Positions 11,581-24,121 of a stretch of 64,000 nt of DNA are shown here, piece after piece. The notes under the pieces were generated by a model that was not told where the DNA came from, did not search any database, and worked only from the letters and a program-made list of their open reading frames with translations. Source of the stretch: Ranitomeya imitator (taxonomy: Eukaryota). The DNA lies in the NCBI RefSeq assembly GCF_032444005.1, contig NC_091282.1:681008001-681072000 (forward strand), read 5' to 3'. The stretch's first letter is position 1. Each line of letters starts with the position of its first letter. Both the position numbers and the translations under genes were made by a program.

Positions 11581-13472
11581 CCTGTGGCACTGCTGAGGTG
11601 TTATGGAATCCCAGGTTGCTTTGATGGCAGCCTTCAATTCGTCTTCATTGTGGGTTCTGCTGTCTCTCATCTTCCTCTTTACAATACCCCATAGATTATC
11701 TATGGGATTAAGGTCAGATGAGTTTACTGGCCAATCAAGCACAATGATACTATTGTTTTTAAACCAGGTATTGGTACTTTTGGCAGTGTGGACAGGTACC
11801 TAGTCCTGCTGGAGAATTAAATTTCCATCTCTAAAAAGCTTGTCTGTAGAGGGAAGCATGACGTGCTCTTAAATTTTCTGCTGTGCTGACTTTGGTATTG
11901 ATAAAACACAGTGTACCTATACCAGCAGATGACATAGCTCCCCAAACCATCACTGATTGTGGAAACTTCACACTAGACCTCAAGCAGCTTGGATTGTCTG
12001 TATTTCCATTCTTCCTCCAAACTCTGGGACCTTGATTTCCAAGGCCTAGTGTGAAGTATCCACAATTTTTGGGAGTTTTGGGAGCCATGTCATCTGCTGG
12101 TGTAGGTCCACTGTGTTTTATCAAGACCAAAGTCAGCGCAGCCATCTACCAGGTTATTTTAGAGCACTTCATGTTTCCCTCTGCCGACAAATTTTTTGGA
12201 GATGGATATTTCATTCTCCAGCTGGACTTGGCACCTGTCCACACTGTTAGGGCTAGCGGAACGCACCAAGTAATAGAGAGCTTGATACGAGGTGCGTTCG
12301 CAGCCCAGAGATACCTGCTGCAAAGTAATGGCGGATGGACACTGAGCTCACACGTGGGTTAAACTTCACCCCGTGTGAAATGTAAGCGACCTCTGTTGCC
12401 TCACAGAGTCGCGCTGTACACAGAAACTAATACCCTAACTAGGGTTGTGCTTGCTCTGGAACTCTTCTGTGCTAACCGCACACATGAAGGAACCAGATGC
12501 TAAGCCAAGGCTAATTGCCACCACTGATGCTAGCTGCCTGCCTGAGTGTACAGCCCCAAAGCTAAACAGGCTTACACCACATATATACTGAGTGGTAGAG
12601 TATCCACTAGCAACAGCCAAACACAAATGATACTAGCGCATGGCCGTGCGGCCATTCGAACCTTTTATAGTTGTAGCTCTCCAGGACCATCCTAGTGGAC
12701 CAATAGGAGCTGCTACAGGACCTGAGCATGTGACCCCCGACCTCCAATGAGAGGTCTTCCCTTAGGCATGCTTGGAAAGAGAAAAGCAGGACTTAGTCCC
12801 AGGAGCGCCTGCTCGCCGCCGAACAGTACTGGTTATAATGGCTGAACCTGAAGGGCAGCAGTAACCAAACATGCAGTATCTGTCCGAGCCAGGCACCAGG
12901 ACCGACATCTCTGCTGAGCAGGTTCCACTGCGGCTGGAGAAGAATGGTAGACCGCAGCGGACATGGTTCTAGATTCCCCCTGTGCAGCGGCAGGAACTCG
13001 ACACCTAACACACACTGCCAAAAGTGCCAATTCTTGGTTTTAAAACAACAGTATCACTGTGCTTGATTGGCCAGCAAACTCACCTGACCTTAATCTATGG
13101 GGTATAGTCAAGAGGAAGATGAGAGACACCAGACCCAACAATGCAGATGAGCTGAAGGCTGCTATCAAAGCAACCTGGGCTTTCATAATACCTCAGCAGT
13201 ACCACAGGCTGATCGCCTCCATCCCACGCTGCATTGATGCAGTAATTGAGGCAAAAGGAGCCCCGACCAAGTATTGAGTGCATTTACTGAACATACATTT
13301 CAGTAGGCCAACGTTTTGTGTTTTAAAATCATTTTTTCAAGCTGAGATAATGACTTTGGGTTTTCATTGGCTGTAAGCCATAATCATCAACATTAACAGA
13401 AATAAACACTTTTTGCATTGAAGAACTGAAATTAACTTTTTGATGATATTCTAATTTTGTGAGATGCACCTG
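11581..13472. mobile_element. Two decayed Tc1 transposase 3' halves head-to-head (11581-12043 minus; 12046-13472 plus, split by a solo LTR)
   Basis: VWGAMSSAGVGPLCFI, DWPANSPDLN and KGAPTKY* motifs. The plus copy ends CACCTG|TA. Confidence 0.8.
12245..13010 (-). mobile_element. Solo LTR related to element A
   Basis: TGTTAGGGCTAGCGGAACGCACC...CCTAACA termini, 5-bp TSD CACAC, keeps ATACTAGCGC and a TATA-like box. Confidence 0.93.
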
Positions 13473-15489
13473 TAATGTACTGAAAACGTGAAAAAAATTC
13501 CAAGTGTGGTGAAATTGCAAAAAAAGTGCAATTCCACAATAGCTTTTTTTAGTTTTCCTTTACCATGTTCACTTTATGGTAACACTGACATGGCAATCAT
13601 CCCACGGTCAGCACGAGACTGCAGATACCAAATATGCCTAGTTTTTTTTTTACTTAAGTGGTTAATAAAAATTCAGAAACTTGATGACTTGTGCTTGTTA
13701 CCATATTCCAAGACATGTGGCATTTTTAATGTCGAGGATCTGGGGCTGGGTAAGGGATTATTTTTTTTGGCTTAAGCTGACGTTTGTATTAATAGCATTT
13801 TGGGGTGGAACGATGTTTTGATTGCCTCCTATTGCATTGGGTTAATTTACTTTATATTTTGATAGCTCGGACATTTCTGAATGCAGTGATAATAAATGTG
13901 TATTTTTTTAATTATTTTATTTTCATTGGGGCAAAAGGGGGGTGATTTGAAGTTCGATCCACCTGCAGCTGTTAAAGCCACATGACAGCTAATTATATCA
14001 GCTTTCATGTGCAGGAAGAAATGCGGGTTCAGCACCAAAGGCCCCATCAAAGTCAGGGACACGACATTTGATGACTTAAATATACGTCATATGTCTTGAA
14101 AGGGTTAAATGCTGTTGTCACTTGATCAAAAAGCGAAAAATCCATCCCACCGCGACAAGGTGTTCCCAGTTGGGACAGTCCTATCCTGTCACTAGCATTA
14201 AAGGCTTTCAGATCTAGGTATTTCATCTATATAGCTTCCCATGGACAGGTGGCTGAACTGTCAGGCTTGGGTCCTGCTTTGCCCTTATTCACATTGAGGT
14301 CAGCTGACACGTGGTAAGGTTTTGATACTATAAACAGAATAGGATTGTCCCGATTGGGTACACTTTGTCACGGTGGGATGGCTTTAATGCTTTTTAATCA
14401 AATTAGTGTTAACCGAGTACTCCATGTTATTTACATGTACTATTACTATTTACTTACTACAGAGTATATGCTCCTTCTGTTTTTCTCTTGGGTTTTGTCT
14501 GTGAAATGGCCATAGTATGAACTTGCTCTTACAATGTATAACAATTTTCATTCCTTCGGTTTTATCACTCTTGTCAGTGGCGTGCAAGAATTAAATTGTT
14601 GCCTATGTTTACAGAGCAGGCACCCAAAATGCATAGAGCGGGCTCAGCTCCTGAGCCCGATCCATATACTAATAATGTGCAGCAAAGGGGTTAATAAGGT
14701 GAAATCTGCTCAGACAATGCAACCAGCCTGAAGAGCAGGCACTTGGAGTTTGTGTGGGGGTCACCAGGCTCAGAGCCTCGGATAGCGTGGGACGCTATGT
14801 ACAGTGTCTAGCTAGGGGCCAGATGGCAGAGGACTTATTCTGCACTGTGATATATTTGCTTTGCTGCGTGGATGGAGATAATAAAGCTAGTTGTGACAAG
14901 TTTTCCACCGACGTGAAAAAGTAAAAGTCCTCTGTGTGCCAACCAGAATATGTGTGAAAAGGTAAACAAATTTTCAAAAAAGAATTGCAATATTTTGACT
15001 AGTTCCAAACATTTCCTTCTTTCTCTTTTTTTTCTATGGATTTTTAGCAGCATCCTTTTCTTTAGAGAGACTGTGTAATCCATGTGTTCAATTAAGCAGG
15101 AGGCATCTGTTGGGTTTATTTCACATTGGGAAGAAAACAGCATGCCATTCACATCTGCTTAGCTTTCTTTTCTTTCTTTTTTCTTTCTTTTTTTTCTTAT
15201 AATTTGCTCAGTGGGTGAAAATGTGGTAGATGACTGAAAGAAGAAGCAACACACACTCCATAGAGCCAAGAGTCCTTTTTACATAAAAGAAAGTGAAGAG
15301 GTTGGGACAGAAAAATTACAGCAGGCAAATTTGTACTGTAATAAGACAATGGGAAAATTGTGAAAAGTTGTTTGATTAACTCCTGTTGCCTATATTTGGT
15401 GAAACGTAATGCTAACATGGCATAAGGAACTGAGGAAGAGGTAATCTAACTTGTTCTAAACAGCGGCGTACATAGAAATCACATGGTCC

Positions 15490-16300
15490 CACAGTAAAAG
15501 TCCTAATTGGGCCCCCCACTCCTTCACCTTATAATGCTGCCACAGAGACCCCGACACAGTATAATTCTTAAAACAGCATGATGCCCTTAAAGTGTCTCCC
15601 ACACAGTATGATGGCTACCACAGCCATAATATACATAGCATAATGGCTCCACAGCCCCAAACACAGATCATGATGACCCAACAGTGCCCACGTACAGCAC
15701 AGTATGATGGTACCCACATGAGGGCTGCAGCACCCATACATAGTACAAAGTCCCCCACAGCCACTCAGACAATATGAGGGCCCCCATATTCCTGACAGAG
15801 TATTAGGTCCCCCACACACAGTACGATGTCTATCACCGCGCCCCACACAGTATGAGGGCCCCACTCACACAATATGATGCCCCCAAAGCTCCAATCAGGC
15901 TGTATGACAGCCTGCATAGTCCACAAAATATGATGTCCTCCCAGACCCCACATAGGCAGTATGATGACCCTTCATCGCCCTACACACAGTAGGATATCCT
16001 CAAGAGCCCCTATGAGGGCACCCAAAGCCCTTCATACATTATGAGGGCCTAACTACATAATGATGTCCCCCACAGCTAGTATAAGGGGCCCTGTCGACAT
16101 TTAATCATTATGAGGGCCCCTACTTCTCCCAACACAATATGAGGACCTCCACCCACAGTGTAATGTCCCTACAGCCCCAAGAACCCCCCACACACATAGT
16201 ACACATAGTATGATGCCCCCACAAGGTATCATGCCCAACTGTGCAGTCACTCTCAGACGCACAGGCTGAGTGGTGCAGAAGGGAGCTAATGGTTCCCCAC
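15490..16300. repeat. Degenerate minisatellite (CCCCACACAGTATGATG-like); a similar tract lies at about 17690-18022
   Basis: Recurrent CCCC...CAGTAT(G/A)A motifs. Boundaries are approximate. Confidence 0.55.
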
Positions 16301-16516
16301 TGCAACATTCTATTCAACAGTATCTGCATCCATTAATATTGCAATGACAGGTGGAGGGAGTGTTGGAGGGGAAATGATGGCAGCGGGCCCCCTGAGCTCA
16401 TGGGCCCCATAGCGACTGCATGGTATGTCACTATAAATGGTATGCCTTTGGTTCCTAGCTGCTTTAACAAGATGTTACACATGTTATATACAGTACACAT
16501 TTTGTTAAAGCGTTAA

Positions 16517-17420
16517 CCCCTTACTGCTGAATCCTGTTTTCACCTCCCTGACCAGGCCAAATGTTTCCATTCTGACCAGTGTCATTTTTCTTGTGGTAAT
16601 GACTCTGAGATGCTTCAACATATTCCAGTGTTTCAGAGTTTGTTTCTTTCGTGACACATTGTACTTCATATTAGTGGTAAATTAAGGCTGATATGATTTG
16701 GGTTTATTTCTGAAAAAATTGAAAATTTTATGACAAATTTCACAATTTTCAGACTTTGAATTTGTATGCCCTAAAAACAGATAGCCATACTACTAAAAAT
16801 AATTAATCAATAACATTTGCCACAAGTCTACTTTACATCAGCATCATTTTTGAAACATATAATTTTTTTTAAGAAAATAGAAGGGTTAAAAGTTTAACAG
16901 CAATGTTTAATTTTTCCAACAAAATTTACAAAACCTTTTTCACATTTGAAGTGACCGTTAGAGCCCTATCTGTCAAAAAATCACCCAAAAGTGACCCTAT
17001 CTTGAAAACTGCACCCTTGTATGTATTCAAAACCACATTTAGGAAGTTTGTGAACCCTTCGGGTGCTTCCCATGAATTGAAACAAAGTGGAAACAATAAG
17101 CTTCTCCTAAGCTTTGCAATACCCCATAAGTGCTCAGAAACTACTGTTTGGGCTCAGAAGGGAAGGAACGCTATTTGAATACTGGAGCCCAATTTTGGCT
17201 GGCATAGATTGCGGACAATGTCGCATTTGCCAAGCTCCAGATGTGCCAAAACAGTAGAAGCCCCCACAAGTAACCTTATTTTGGCAACCGCACCACTCAA
17301 GGAATTCAACAAGGGGTGTGGTGAGCATAATGAACTCATAGACAAGGTAGTTCACAGAATTTTATAACATTGGGATGTGAAAATGAGCCCCAAATTTTTC
17401 ATTTTCACAACAGTAACAAG
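16517..17420 (+). mobile_element. End fragment of a TTAA-flanked non-autonomous DNA transposon
   Basis: TTAA|CCCCTT start, homologous in reverse complement to the end at 40157. Right boundary is approximate. Confidence 0.5.
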
Positions 17421-18022
17421 GTAGAGGTGTACATAGAAATTATGGAGTCCTATAGCAGAAGTTCTAATTGTGCTCCCCAACAAAAAGAAATAATGCTCAG
17501 TGAGGATACAAAAGACCATATCTCAAAACTTTGCAGCCTTTACAAAATAATTTTCCTAGTATTGAAGACCTATATTCTCTTTTCATTGCACCCATAACGT
17601 ATAATGCCAACACATGTGCCACAAACACTGAATGATTCCCCCACAGTGAATTCCTCCACATGCCCAGTATGATGACCCTACTGTACCGCATCTCAGCTCC
17701 CCCGGCAAATGGTGACCTAATACAGTATAATCCCCCAACTGTGAGCCCCACAGAGCCCTTCATGCAGTATAATGGGCCTACATACAGTATAGTGGCCCCA
17801 CACCTCACCACGCTGTATAATGGCCCCCACTAGCCCTCCAAACAGTATAATGGCCTTTACATAGTAAGATGGACCCCACACAAACTTTCACACTATATCA
17901 TTGCTTGTATACAGTATAATGGCCCCCATATAGCCCTCCATAAAATATTAAGGCTTTCACACAGCCCTCCAAATATTATAATGGCCTCCAATTGTCCTTC
18001 ATATAGTATACTGCACCCCATA

Positions 18023-18185
18023 ATATAAAGGTTATGTTGGTGCGCTGCCAATGATATTAGTGAGGACGAGGTAATTAAAATAAGCACCTTTTATTTAGGG
18101 TCAATTTCACAAACCGGATTTTGGCTCGAGACCAGAGCCTTCATCAGGAAAGATCATTGGCAGCACACCAACATAACCTTTATAT
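18023..18185 (-). mobile_element. Mini Penelope-like insertion: 33-bp inverted repeats around a hammerhead-like motif and AATAAA
   Basis: 18023-18055 is the reverse complement of 18153-18185 with 1 mismatch. The minus strand reads CTGATGA-A-GGCTC-7nt-GAGCC-AAAA (GAAA mutated), then AATAAA. Confidence 0.55.
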
Positions 18186-18202
18186 TTGTATCATTCCTGA
18201 TT

Positions 18203-18583
18203 CCCCATAGTTCTCAATATAGTATAATGCACTCCCCATAGTTCTCAATATAGTATAATGCACTCCCCATAGTTCTCAATATAGTATAATTCCCTCCCCA
18301 TAGTTCTCAATATAGTATAATGCACTCCCCATAATTCTCAATATAGTATAATGCACTCCCCATAGTTCTCAATATAGTATAATGCACTCCCCGTAGTCCT
18401 CCATATAGTATAATTCACTCCCCATAGTTCTCAATATAGTATAATGCACTCCCCATAGTTCTCAATATAGTATAATGCACTCCCCATAGTTCTCAATATA
18501 GTATAATGCACTCCCCATAGTCCTCCATATAGTATAATTCACTCCCCATAGTTCTCAATATAGTATAATGCACTCCCCATAGT
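18203..18583 (+). repeat. 31-bp minisatellite, about 12 units
   Basis: Unit CCCCATAGTTCTCAATATAGTATAATGCACT. The array resumes at about 19484. Confidence 0.95.
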
Positions 18584-19483
18584 CAAAGCAAAAGAGGGGA
18601 GAAGCCAGCGCTGCCTATGGTTAAAACGCAATACATAAAGTGCAAATGCACTCTACGTTTTTTATATTCCAGGTACAGCTTGCATTTAATGTGGTCTTAC
18701 TTTTAATTCATTAAGGAGGCCTTTATGGCACAGCGCATATAAAAAGAGTATAGAGTATAGAATATAGAGTAGGACTGCCCCATTATGAGAATGCCGTGAA
18801 GTGGCGGGGTGGCTCAAAGAATTGATCAATTTTTTGCTAAATGTCTCATTTTGAAAATACAGTTAGAAATCAATATGTGCATTTGCACTTTATGTATTGC
18901 GTTTTAACCATAGGCAGCGCTGGCTTCTCCCCTCTTTTGCTTTGATATTGGTACGTGGCTGACCACCACTGTTGCCGTGCGCGCCGGGTTACGTGCGCCA
19001 TTCTTTCTGTGTTTCTGTGATTGATAGGCTGCTGTACACACATACAGCAGCCCTGCCCTGCCCTAGGCTTTGTTTAATTGTGCACCTGTGTCTCAGCCTG
19101 TCTCACTCTTTATCTGTGGTGCTGGCTGGGCAGTGTGGAGGTTGGACCTGAAATGTCTATGCCTGGACCTGGTGAACCTTTATCCTCGCTTGCCCCTCTG
19201 GCGCCATGGGAGTGACTCAGTAATGCTCCAGGTACAGCTTGCATTTAATGTGGTCTTGCTTTTAATTCATTTAGGAGGTCTTTATGGCACAGCGAATATA
19301 AAAAACGTAGAGTAGGACTGCCCCATTATGAGATTGTCATGAAGTGGCGGAGTGGCTCAAAGAATTGATCAATTGTTTGCTAAATGTCTCATTTTGAAAA
19401 TACAGTTAGAAATCAATATGTGCATTTGCACTTTATGTATTGCGTCTTAACCACAGGCAGCGCTGGCTTCTCCCCTCTTTTAC
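18583..19483. mobile_element. Insertion with an inverted terminal segment plus partial tandem copy (Penelope-like architecture)
   Basis: About 67 bp at 18583-18650 is inverted relative to 18878-18945, and 18668-18937 is directly repeated at about 19227-19481. No ORF. Confidence 0.5.
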
Positions 19484-19686
19484 TCCCCATAGTCCTCCAT
19501 ATAGCACAATGCATTTACCGTAGTCCTCAGAGACATAGAATACACCAATTTGGCTATACAGAATTTCAACAGAATTCAAATCACACAATATTGTTATATT
19601 ATTACTAATAAACAAAATATTGTCAATAAGGATGTTTTGGTCCTAATAACTCCACCTGCGGTGTGTCACCATCACTCTCTGTAGGT

Positions 19687-20476
19687 CAGGGGTCTCAAAC
19701 TCAACTGGGAAAATTCACCGCACATAGAAAATATTTGATATGTAAGGCCGCTTTTTTACAGGAGAAGATTGCGTTTTCAGCTATATCATTATTGTTCCAT
19801 AATTTGCACCATAGAGTGATTCTGTATTAATGTCTCCAATCCTGTAATAATGTTCCTTGTCCTGTAATAACGTCCCCATCCTGTAATAATGTCCCTTGTC
19901 CTGTAATCATGTCCCCATCCTGTAATAATGTCCTATGTACTGTAATAATGTCCCTCATCCTATAATAATGGTCCCTGTCCTGTAATAATATCTGCAAACC
20001 TGTAATAATGTCCCTCGTCCTGGTCCAATCAAATAGTAATCTTCCTATCCTGGTCCCATCTTATAGAAATGTCCCCATCATGGTCCCATCTTATTGTAAT
20101 GTCCCCATCCTTGTTGCCTTCTTGTAACAATATTCCCCATTCTGCTGTCCTTTACATGCACATAAAGAAAAAATTATCTCACCTGACCTCGCTACTTTGA
20201 CAACCAGCGTCCTCTCCCTACTCCACAGATGGGACACTTAGCTATGATGATGTTATGTGTGGCCATGCTGGGATGCCATCAGCTGCTGGCCTCTGATTGG
20301 CCAATGGCTGGTATTGGTATTGCAGTGGAGAGAGCTGGTCTATGCACCACAATACATTTCAATTGAATGTGTGTCTGAGGATGAGTTGAAAAAAGCGCTG
20401 ACATCAGTAGGCCCCTGGCTCGCTCTACATGATTGCCTGAGGGTCACAAAATGGATGCTTGTGTTTGAGACCCCTA
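19687..20476. mobile_element. hAT-type MITE containing a CCTGTAATAATGTCCC minisatellite
   Basis: TIR (C/T)AGGGGTCTCAAAC and a degenerate 8-bp TSD (CTGTAGGT / CTATAGGC). Confidence 0.7.
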
Positions 20477-21129
20477 CTATAGGCAATACAAGCCGTAATA
20501 CAAGCCCTAACAGAGGCTCATGATGCTACGCCGTTAGGCCACGAGTCCCTTAACAGTAAGTCACTCTATACATCCCTTACGCTGGCCGATTTCATCCCCT
20601 TAAGCATAGAACCAGTTTCCTGTATACTGTACGTCTACAGTGGAAATCACAGCTAACACGAACATCCTTCTACAATGGTCTCTATAGGTTCTGGCTCTGA
20701 TCCCTCTGTTCGGATCTCTTAGCTTTAGTCTCTCGTCTCCAGTTACGGTTACTCTTTTTGGGTCCCGATATGGTCACTCAGTTCTCCACTTCGATCTGGT
20801 CCCTTGATTTTTCGCTCAGGTCTGGTCACTTGATTCTTCATACAGGTCTGGTCATTCGTAATGGTGGCTATAAGCCAATCTCTCTGGATCGCATGTCCAT
20901 CCTGTTGCAGGTTCTGGCGCCAAATCCTTCCTTTCAGTGACCTCCTAGGCCTTTTATAATTACTAACAGCACCACAGCTATTGTAATACAAAAAACACGG
21001 CACTCATGAGATGATTAGTTGTAGTTGCTCAAGTAGTGCATCCAGCCCGCAGCATCAACAAAGTAGAAAAACTTGGCACTCAGGGGGTGAAGAAAGTACC
21101 ATTTATTATGCATCCAGACAATATGTCGT

Positions 21130-21171
21130 TATTGAACGTTTTCGGTCCACAACAGGACCTTCACCAGAACA
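21130..21171 (-). ncRNA. Hammerhead motif, left arm (A6G core change)
   Basis: TGTT-CTGGTGA-A-GGTCC-TGTTGT-GGACC-GAAA-ACGTT-C-AATA. Confidence 0.65.
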
Positions 21172-21308
21172 GTCTGGATGCCGGAGAAGTGAGTCAAATC
21201 AGCGCGGCTGAGGTGTGCGACCACCGTCACTGTGGATGTGCCCTCCACAGCGACGGTGGTCGCACGCCGCAGACGCACAGATTTGGCTCACTTCTCCGGC
21301 ATCCAGAC

Positions 21309-21350
21309 TATTCTGATGAAGGTCCTGTTGTGGACCGAAAACATTCAATA
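21309..21350 (+). ncRNA. Hammerhead motif, right arm (canonical core, stem III mismatch)
   Basis: TATT-CTGATGA-A-GGTCC-TGTTGT-GGACC-GAAA-ACATT-C-AATA, followed by AATAAA at 21373. Confidence 0.7.
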
Positions 21351-21779
21351 ACGATATATTGTCTGAATGCATAATAAATGGTACTTTCTTTTTTTCACCC
21401 CCTGAGTGCCAAGTTTTTCTACATTGTTGCACCACAGCTATCACCTGACCTGATGTCTTCTCCAATCTCTTCCCAGAGGAAACATACACTTCACTCTTCA
21501 GTTCCTGCTGATGCAATTCTCCCTGCTTTCCCTTTTCCTATCATCTTTGAACAGCAGATGGTGGTGTTCGCTTGCAAACACTGTTAGGCATTAACTGTGT
21601 GAGTCATCTCACTTCTCCATCTCCTTACAGTAAAGGTGGCATTGACTAAGAACTTCAAGACCAAATAGTGCATTAAGAAAATCACTGTAAGGACATTGTT
21701 CATGTAATCGTGGACATAAATATACACTTTGCCAGACATTGATACACTGAGGTTCACATGAAAAACTTCATTTTGGAGA

Positions 21780-22400
21780 ACCTACAGTATGGTCGTGAAG
21801 CTGCTAACGGCTTAACATACTTTTTTATTGTTAATGAGAAGGATGGACTTGCACTCTCTGAAATAGTACTATAAAAATAAAAGATGGCTTAAATATTAAA
21901 AATTGTAAGTATACAATATATATGAACCAATATATATTTTATACCAGGTGGTCAGCAAAGCTATACGCCCCATTTATATGCACTGAGAAGAATTTCTTGA
22001 TGCTTTATATGATGTAAAATCCAGCTTTGGAACAGGCTGCTTATCTAATGAACAATATCAAGATGTTTGCTGTTATGTCTTTTGAACGAGTTCAAGTGCC
22101 AAGATACACTTATCGCTTCAACAAACGTCTTCAAAATGAAAGCATCACAATTGATATGTTTGCATAGCATAGTCATGGTCTCTTGAACCTGTTAAAGCGA
22201 ACTATGCAGCAATGCAGCGGATAGCCAGCAGTGAAGCAGAACTGATGACTGAAAGGTTTGGTCAGGATCCACACTTCAGAGACATAAGGAAGCAAGGAAA
22301 GATAAGTAGGATGTTTGATGAAGAAAGTGAAGATAAAAATGTTCAGTTGTCATCGGAAGAGAAATTTAGGATTTCTTTGCAGGAAAAAAGTGCCAAAATT
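21780..22400 (+). pseudogene. hAT-family transposase relic
   Basis: Translated fragments DGLNIKNC and KISRMFDEESED...LSSEEKFRI resemble recalled hAT (ZMYM1-like) transposase segments. Not searched. Confidence 0.5.
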
Positions 22401-23562
22401 ATTTCTGAAATACGAAAAATGGTTGTAGTCATAAATAAGCTTCAAGCGATTTTTTTTTATGTAGTATGAACACTTTACTGGACATGGATGTACTGGAAAT
22501 AAAAATTTGAGCTCCATACTTACCTGCAGTCAACCCTGTAGATCTAACACAGGCTTCTCCGGGGTTTGCATTGGTACTGGAATCGATTATGTCACTGTTC
22601 TCATACAAGAGGACCGCCGAGGCACAAAATGGGATGAAAACAATGATGATGGGACAACGATCAAACCAGTGATTGGCTGCATCAAATCACTCTGAAGTGG
22701 AGGCCAATTTAACAGCTGGGTGGTGTTTGATTTTTTATTTTATAACATTTTCTGCTACTAGATTAATTTCTCAATCTCTTAAATTGTAAACCTTTAAGCC
22801 TGTCTTTGACCATCAGAGTACCTTTTACTGCTGAACTCCACTCAAGTCATTGCCTTTTGTGTTGCACTGTCTATTGCTGGCTGCATCTAACACTTGTGTC
22901 AGTATCTGCTTCTGCCGCTAGGCGGTGCCATGCATTTGTTGCAGTAATATTTGACTGCATCATTCCTAGGAATATTATTCCTAGGACTTGCTGCTCTGGC
23001 CAGTCCTGAAGCTATGGGGTTGATCTTGTTCATTTTGGTTTCTATCTGCTGTCAGCACTGGGTGGGGATGTTACTATATAAACCCCTGAGAGCTAGTACC
23101 CACTGCCAGTCAATGTTTGTGCTACCTGGCTTTACCTGTGTATTTTTCACCTGGTGTTTCTTCCTGACTCCTCTTGGTCACTGACCTTGGCTAGATTATT
23201 GACCTTTCTCCTGAATGTAGCTCTCGAACCTCCTGGATCTGACATGGCTACCTGACAATCCTTCTACCCAGCTTGCACCACCAAACAGCAGCTGACTCTG
23301 TGGCCCTTCCCCAGGGACCCCTGTGTAAATACAGCTCCGTGTACATGGTTTAAAGGGTGATGTTCAAGGCAACCATGGTAGCCATTTTGGAGCTGTCAGT
23401 TGACTACAAACAGTGCTGACATGACTCTGCTGAATAAGTTCACTGAGAAGCCCTCTATGATGGTCTGATGGGAAATTTGTAACTCTTCTATCTCTTTTTT
23501 TTCTGAGCGGATTTAAGACCACAGATCACATCAAAGAGCCTGTAAAAGCCAAACGATGCAAC

Positions 23563-24121
23563 TGTCATGATCCAAACTGGGTTTTGAGTCCTGTCTTCCC
23601 ATTTCCTGGTCTTATCATCATGTAAGGGGTTCACTTTTCTCAGCATTAGTCTGGTTTCAGGTTTTGCTATTTTACTCTGTTGCATCCTGCAGGCAGTGTC
23701 AGTTATAGTTCTGCCTACGGCGTGTGTTGCTGACTCTGGTATATCCTGACTTGTCCTGCTGCGTTAGCTGCCTGAACCCGTGTCTCTGTTTTCCCCAATC
23801 CCCGTCTTAACTCAGTGTTTCCCTTTTACATGTTTACTCCCTGGTTTTGATTTGACTTGTATCCTGACCTGCTTCTGCCTTCTGTCTTTGGCTCCTGAAT
23901 GTTACTGACCTTTTGGCTTGTCTCTGACTCTGTGTTTTGTCTATTCTTTTGGTACTGCGCTACTGACTATATCTACCTGGCTTGTTTGACTTTCCTGCTG
24001 TCACCAAGTGAAAGCCTCGCTGCTGCACGACAGGCCTGCTTTGTATAGGTGCAGCCTTCCTTCCATTCTATAGCCATCTAGTGGAGCTTGCACCTACCTG
24101 CATTGCAGCAGCAGCGTGACA
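23563..24121. mobile_element. Solo LTR of a further family
   Basis: TGTCATG...CGTGACA termini and a 5-bp TSD GCAAC. Confidence 0.8.

Larger units (their letters stand above)
20982..21428. mobile_element. Palindromic mini Penelope-like insertion with two divergent hammerheads
   Basis: 13-bp flanking direct repeat GCACCACAGCTAT (20969-20981 and 21429-21441). 21056-21429 is one fold-back with a 7-nt loop (21237-21243). Confidence 0.75.

Noticed and set aside
15020-15175. Polypyrimidine tract plus AG, a possible exon
   Set aside because: There is no recognisable protein, two of the three frames have stops, and I found no convincing donor.
18203-18583. Regular 31-bp repeats resembling a CRISPR array
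   Set aside because: There are no unique spacers and the context is eukaryotic. It is a plain minisatellite.
18774-18815. Possible hammerhead remnant (GCCCC-ATTATGAGAA-TGCCG..TGGC-GGGGTGGC), repeated at about 19320
   Set aside because: The GAAA and NUH segment is absent in both copies, so the motif cannot be supported.
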